From the NCBI GenBank assembly GCA_964016885.1, contig OZ024742.1:93868001-93932000 (forward strand): 64,000 nucleotides of DNA. The letters are read 5' to 3'. The stretch comes from Eledone cirrhosa (Eukaryota). The translations under genes and the position numbers were made by a program. Below the pieces are notes generated by a model. It was given only the letters and a program-made list of their open reading frames with translations, was not told where the DNA came from and made no database searches. Positions 57,965 to 64,000 of this stretch are shown piece by piece (position 1 is the stretch's first letter; every line of letters starts with the position of its first letter).

Positions 57965-58984
57965 TGTGTCTGTGTGTGTGTTTGCTCTTATGCACTTTAA
58001 TACATTCTTACTTACAACCAATACCCAAATCCCTAGATAAAACATGAACAAATTTATGCATACTTGTACACACAAACATAAACCCTGCCACACTGATACA
58101 TGTACTCACACTTATATCATACAAAGGACATGTAGTAGTTGTGTGTGTAGTGGTCATTTGGTGAGTGAAGTGAAGTAATTATAGAAAAGCACTCAAAGTC
58201 ATGTGTAAGATAGATTTAGGAGGAGAGCTTTCTATGGAAATCTGGCAGTGACATAATACTTGGACAACAATGCTAGCATGTTTCAAAGGAATCGTAACAA
58301 AGGCTGTCAAAGACATTTCATTAATGCTCTGAAGGGACTCTTTTGATGATCGTAGTATATTTAAGATGGTGAAACGTATTTCTTCTTTATTGCTTTAGAA
58401 TAGCAACATTTGGATCAATAATATGAATTGGTTCAAGGATTGGAGTGGTTTATAGAGGTCGGGGGGCTGGAGTTGAGGTCAAGCCACGATGGTGTGGACA
58501 TGTTGCTTTATACTAGATGGCTACAATAATTAAGGTACATTAACGTAGCATTGATAGTATACATTGTGGCAGGAATTGTATGTACACTAGAAAAAGGTCA
58601 TTTTAATGTAATGGAAGATGGTAACTACAATAGATGATGTTATTTAGATGCAGGTCATTTAGCCTTGATGTATCTAACCTATGATCAAACACGTTCCAGT
58701 CATGACCATTCCATTTTCTTCTCATACACAAGGTATATAGGAGAACATTATTCAATGAGTCCTTACTTTCTATTAACCTTTGCAATACCAAACTGCTTGA
58801 AACTGCCCCTGATTCTATGTTATAAAACTGTTTATTTTAAAGTGTTTATATTCATCTAAAAAGCTACCATCATAATTTCATGCAGAGCCTTTGTTAAGTT
58901 ATGTAACAAACACTAGTTTAATGAGAACGTGTAAAAGTACAATTAAGTCTTACTGCACAGCACATAAAAGCTGTATAGCATGTA

Positions 58985-59125
58985 AGTGTGTCTACCAAAT
59001 TTCATTCACAAGCATTGGTCAAGAAGGGGCTATAGTAAAAGACACTTGACCAAGATAACAAGCAATGGGGTTGAATCCAGAACCTCATGGTTTGGAAGCA
59101 AACACCTTAACTACACAGCCATGTT
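58985..59125 (-). mobile_element. Degraded tRNA-headed SINE (related copy at about 9310-9440)
   Basis: Minus atggctgtgtagttaagg...ggttctggattcaacccc...cttggtcaagtgtctt. Confidence 0.55.
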
Positions 59126-60429
59126 CTATTTTGATCTTTTTCAATTATTTGGTTGGCTCAAAATTATTTTTTCAAAATCAGAGGGATGAAATATTGTAAT
59201 ATCACATAGCTTAGTGTTGAATTCATTGAACTTGTGATGTTAAAGTCATGTATTTGATTTCTGGACCTGGCAGTGCTTTTTATTTTTGCTTTCCATGACA
59301 GGACTGGGTCCATTGTCATTAAAACACCCAAGAAATATTCTAGCTAAAATTGCATAGGTATAATCTCTAAATTTCATTTCATTTCTCAGGAGTATGAAAG
59401 GCAAAATAAAGAGACTCTATCAAGATTTGAACTCAAAACTGATCGTTTTTACAAATTATCTTTTGTGAATGAGCAAATGTATAAAAACTTATAAACTTGT
59501 ATTACATAACTCATTTTCTTACTAACAATTTACACTCATTGTTGGAGTGCAGATTCAAACAACAACAACAATATCCCCAATAACAACATCAGTAATGACA
59601 ACAACATCTACAGCAATACAAACCACAAAAGTAATGACTACAAAATCAATGTCAACATCAACAACAACATCAAAAGAGACAACAATATCATATTTGTAAG
59701 AAATGATAATGCACTTATAAATATACTTCTACACTTATACACCAAATGCTCCAGATTATATCACAATAGCACATGTTTTGTCTAATCTATTTGTAGTAGT
59801 AACTGATTCTGATAAGTGTTACTTTGTGTTTACATTGTGTATAGTCATGCTTTCTGGCAAGTCCACAAAGAAATATCTTTGACATTTTGTATCAACAAGA
59901 TCAACACTCATTGTCTTTTGTGATGTTATCTCTTGTAAATACTTCACGTGAAGATATCACTGTTTGGCAAAATGACCTAAGATGTCATTAGATAAATATA
60001 ACTTAACATGTCACTTCACAAAGACATACAATCATATAGCCATACATGTAAATACTTCATGTGAATATTTTAATGGATGAGGAATGAGACAAAATTACTG
60101 TACAGAATGCAGACATGAATGGTAAAGTAAGCAAAACAAAACAAAACTTTCATAAAATTTCATGGTGAAGATAATATAAGTGAATAAATATATGTTCGAT
60201 ATTTAAATCGAATAATGTGTGATAAAGTATGAGTTGGTCAATTAGAATCATCGAGACAAAAAACAAAAACAAGACACAGATGTGGAGAGGAGAGTAAATA
60301 CTTTACAATAAAAATGTTTGTTGAGCCAGTCTGAATAGTATGTTGTGTCACCCAATCAAAAGTGCAATAGAATAGGGTAATATGGCCGAAAAGGAGGTAA
60401 TAGTTGTAAACAACTCAATGATATGAGAA

Positions 60430-62110
60430 ATTAACCACAGTACTGTCAGAAGGAGTTGAAACTGTATACGTCCATTTCAGCAGTTGGTGACAATGGAGTA
60501 TGACTTGTTACAATATTTTTAGCATCTTGTCATTTATTTGTATATCTCTGTGTATGTCACTGCCTTTGGACATATATGATGTCAATTGTTCTACATATAT
60601 AAAGGGGTCTAGGCTTCTGGAGTTCAGCAATGCTCTTGACATAACTGCGTAGCAACAAAAACTCAAGAAACCATTTAGCCTCCTGATCATTTACCAATCA
60701 GGTAGACACATAAACCAAACAGACTTTATTCTCGCCATTAAGCAAGTCAGGTATATGGCTGTAAATGCCAAGTCTTCTTCTGGAGAGGAATGTGCCTTCC
60801 AAATTAGATTAGTTGTCAATTACCTTAGTGTAAAGACTAGGTGGACCAAGAAAAAAAAGCCAGTCTGGAAAAGAAAGGCATGGGCACTGCAAAAACACTC
60901 TGTAGGTAAACAAATTCAGAGAAATCTCACTTGATGCATATGACAGTAAGAAAGAATAGTTAGGGACATATAACATAGAGAAAAACTGGGATTTTCAAGG
61001 GGAACAACTTCCTGGAAGCTACAAGCCATGCCCTCAACTGCAGCAAGGTCCCAGCAAGATGGGAGGTAATGTGATAAGGTTGAATGATGAGGTAGAAAGA
61101 GACATTAAAACAAAAAGACATGCCTGGAATAACTGTAGGAATGGAGGAGAGAGAAAGCATTAACAATTATATCTAGCAAGTGGAGAAAGAGAAAACAAGA
61201 TGAATCCGTAGGAGAAGTAGAGGCAAAATTTCAAGCAAGCAAGTATAATCTAGAGCTGAAAAAGGCCTAAAATTAATCTAAGCAAAGACAAAAGTCTTAA
61301 TAATTAGGAAAGAGGACAGAAGGGTGATACCATCAAGCAATGTTTCTGAGAGAGGTGCATAGTAGTTCCATAAGCTGCACACAATGTAATTTATGGATGC
61401 ACAAGGGATGTAGTAGGAGTGCTGTCAGGGTAACAGAAAAGATTGATTTTGTATGCAACAGATGCGCAGTAGTAAGAAATTAAGAGTACATGTGAAATAG
61501 ATTCCTTCAGATGCCAAGCAGGCTCCTCAAAAATAGTTGACAGCTTTTGTTACCTAAGTGATCAAATTAGCAGTGGGGATGGATATGCAAAATGTGTGAT
61601 AGCTAGGATAAAGACAGGTTGAAAGCAGTTTAGTAAGCCGTTACTGCTGCTGGCAACAAAGGGCTTTTGCCTCAAAGTGAAGGGTGGACAGTATGAGGCC
61701 TCTTTGAAAACTTCAATGGTAAATGGCAGTGAAACATGTGCTTTGATTACGGCAGACTGTGGCAACTAAAAAGAAATTAATCAAATATTCTCCAAAGGAT
61801 GTATAATGTTAGTGTGCATGAAAAACATGGCATAAGCAAACTGTAGGAAAACGTTGTCATAAAACGAATTGGATGTAGTGTGTAAAAGAGAGGACTGCAT
61901 TCGTATTTTGATGTATAGGGAAATATAGCAGCTGCATAAAAATGCAGAAAAACACCAGTGGCCTGCCATGGAAAAGACTGACCTAGGAAGATATGGGATG
62001 AAGTTATGAAAATTAACCTTAAAAATTAAACCTTCCAACAGAAGTGACAAAGGACCATGAGAGCTGGCGCTATGTTGTGCTGGTGAAGACCCAACCAATA
62101 GCATACAATG
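60430..62110 (+). mobile_element. Old degraded RTE LINE with RT core deleted
   Basis: Residual GSRLLEF, IIYQSG, VDSFCYLSDQISSG, ARIKTG, KGFCLKVKG motifs. Confidence 0.75.
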
Positions 62111-62417
62111 GGACTTATCTCCATGTTCTCCCTACACTAACACTCCCTAGCAGCTATTTTTTCCATCAGAATATACCCCACCCGACCCATGTCCCCTTCA
62201 GCATTCACGCATTAGCTGCTGCCCCCTCAAAACATCTCAGACACCCTAGTAGCTACACTCTTCCTACCCATATCTCCTTCAATAGTACTCCATAGCAACT
62301 ATCCTTATCATCAAAGGTTTGGGAGGACTCTTCAGTCATGTCAAGGGCTTAATAGCCTCCCGAGATTTGGTGATCTACATGATAAATGCACTCAGTACAC
62401 ACTGCAAAATTGTTGGG

Positions 62418-62490
<73 letters not shown>

Positions 62491-62504
62491 CACATACATA
62501 TCTA

Positions 62505-62765
62505 CATACAAGGGGAGGAAAAATAATAGTACCACTGATGATGTCGTAGATGTGTGACGAAAGAACTTTGATAGACTATATATATATTTATATCTGTATT
62601 TTTAACCATTGGTCAATCAATGATAAATATTGATTGCCAAATAAATTAATTATGGAGATATAAAAGATACGGAAGCGAAAACCAACCCAAACCAAACAGT
62701 GAGTGTGTTCTGTTATTATTTCTGGCAATACTATAACAATAGTACCCTCCCCAAGTATAACAATA
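62505..62765 (+). mobile_element. Short hammerhead-bearing repeat (motif at 62530-62573)
   Basis: tacca-CTGATGA(62535-62541)-tgtcgtagatgtgtgac-GAAA-gaac-TT-tgata; between TA tracts. Confidence 0.65.
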
Positions 62766-62780
62766 TATATATATATATAT

Positions 62781-63069
62781 CGAAGGAATTGTGGTAAGGA
62801 ACCAGATGCACCATAACGCACCAAAGTACTCAATACTTAGGGTAGTAGAGTGGGTAATAGGAACAAGTATGACCCCGACGGCAGAGCTCAAGCCGTTTCG
62901 ACGTCTTGTCGAAGCGGCTTGAGCTCTGCCGTCGGGGTCATACTTGTTCCTATATATATATATATATAGGAATATCTTCAAGACCACGACGGCAGAGCTC
63001 AGGCCGTTTCGACGTATTGAGTACTCTGGTGCGTTATGGTCCACCTGGTTCCTTACCCCACTTCCTTCG

Positions 63070-63071
<2 letters not shown>
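62781..63071. mobile_element. Hairpin-plus-tail elements: copy D (minus, 62781-62950) and partial copy E (plus, 62969-63071)
   Basis: Same tail as copies A-C; D hairpin 62860-62950 nearly perfect; E lacks the right arm. Confidence 0.8.
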
Positions 63072-63144
<73 letters not shown>

Positions 63145-63148
<4 letters not shown>

Positions 63149-64000
63149 TTTCTAGTTTTCTGTTTATCTGCAAAATTTCTAATAAAACTATCAAAATTAA
63201 TTTCTCTGGGCAAGTTGGATTTGGACATAGTAGATCTTAAAAAGTATTTGATACATTTCAATTTGCTAAAAGATATTTCTGTTAATGCTACTGAAGCTAA
63301 AATCATCATGAATATTCTGAAAGCAATGCAAACATTTGGAAATATCTCACAAAATTTGTAGTCAGTTAATAAATTTAGCAATTCTAAAGGTGTCAGTTTT
63401 GATTTTTGTACTGACAGCAAATGTTACATGAACCAAAATATTATATCTTACAAATGCAATATTCTGGTTTATATTTCTTGAAAGAAGTAAATTATGTTGT
63501 CCACTAACATTATTTGCTTAATCTGTCCCAAGTCCAGTGCAATTATTTGTATAAATGTTGCTTGTTGTAAAAGATATTTCAGCTGCCTTACTGCAATGTT
63601 CAACAGTCTTTGAAACAATGGAACTTATTTTTAAAAAGGATGTTCCTTCATTTTAAGACTTATAAAAAAGCTCCATCATACTCATGTCCATTACCTTTAG
63701 GACACATGGGGTAGTTAATTTGTTAATACACAATGAATATTTTGATACTTCTAAATCACCAACTAACTCCTTGTGCAAGCCAGAGCATTAACATTCTTGA
63801 TTAGACTCATAAATTTGTTTGGCATAAATCCTCTTAGTGTAGCTTGTTATTTGGTGAGTTACCAATATTGTGTACTGCATACCAAATATTGCTGTGTTGC
63901 TATATTTAATTTGAAATCGTTCTCTTCTATAGTTTCAGTTCTAGCCCCCATAAATATATTTGAAATTAGATTTGAGTTTTCACAATTATCACCATTTTAT
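63145..64000 (-). pseudogene. hAT transposase relic (C-terminal dimerisation domain)
   Basis: FPNVCIAFRIF...SVALTEISFSKLKCIKYFLRSTMS matches the hAT ERSFSKLKxIKxxLRSTM motif; extent to the window end is assumed. Confidence 0.8.

Overview
AT-rich, microsatellite-dense eukaryotic DNA with no supportable host gene; the repeat content suggests an octopus/cephalopod genome (inference). It holds a near full-length RTE-clade LINE plus four fragments, three Penelope-like elements (PLEs, RT + C-terminal GIY-YIG), a DD37D (maT) Tc1/mariner deletion derivative, a hAT relic, a CRE-like endonuclease relic, a head-to-tail Helitron-like pair, several SINEs, a 41-bp satellite and a 75-bp minisatellite. Three observations stand out. 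(1) A two-ORF PLE whose upstream ORF joins the RT-EN frame through an in-phase U-UUU-UUA slippery site, a candidate gag-pol-like -1 frameshift. (2) Eight type-I hammerhead-like motifs read by eye, one of whose predicted cleavage sites coincides with the boundary of the element's inverted terminal copy. (3) A recurring architecture, (TA)n - inverted arm - arm plus extension - (TA)n, shared by 4-kb coding PLEs and 0.2-0.5-kb non-coding hairpins from unrelated families. All coordinates and alignments were made by eye, and no database searches were run.
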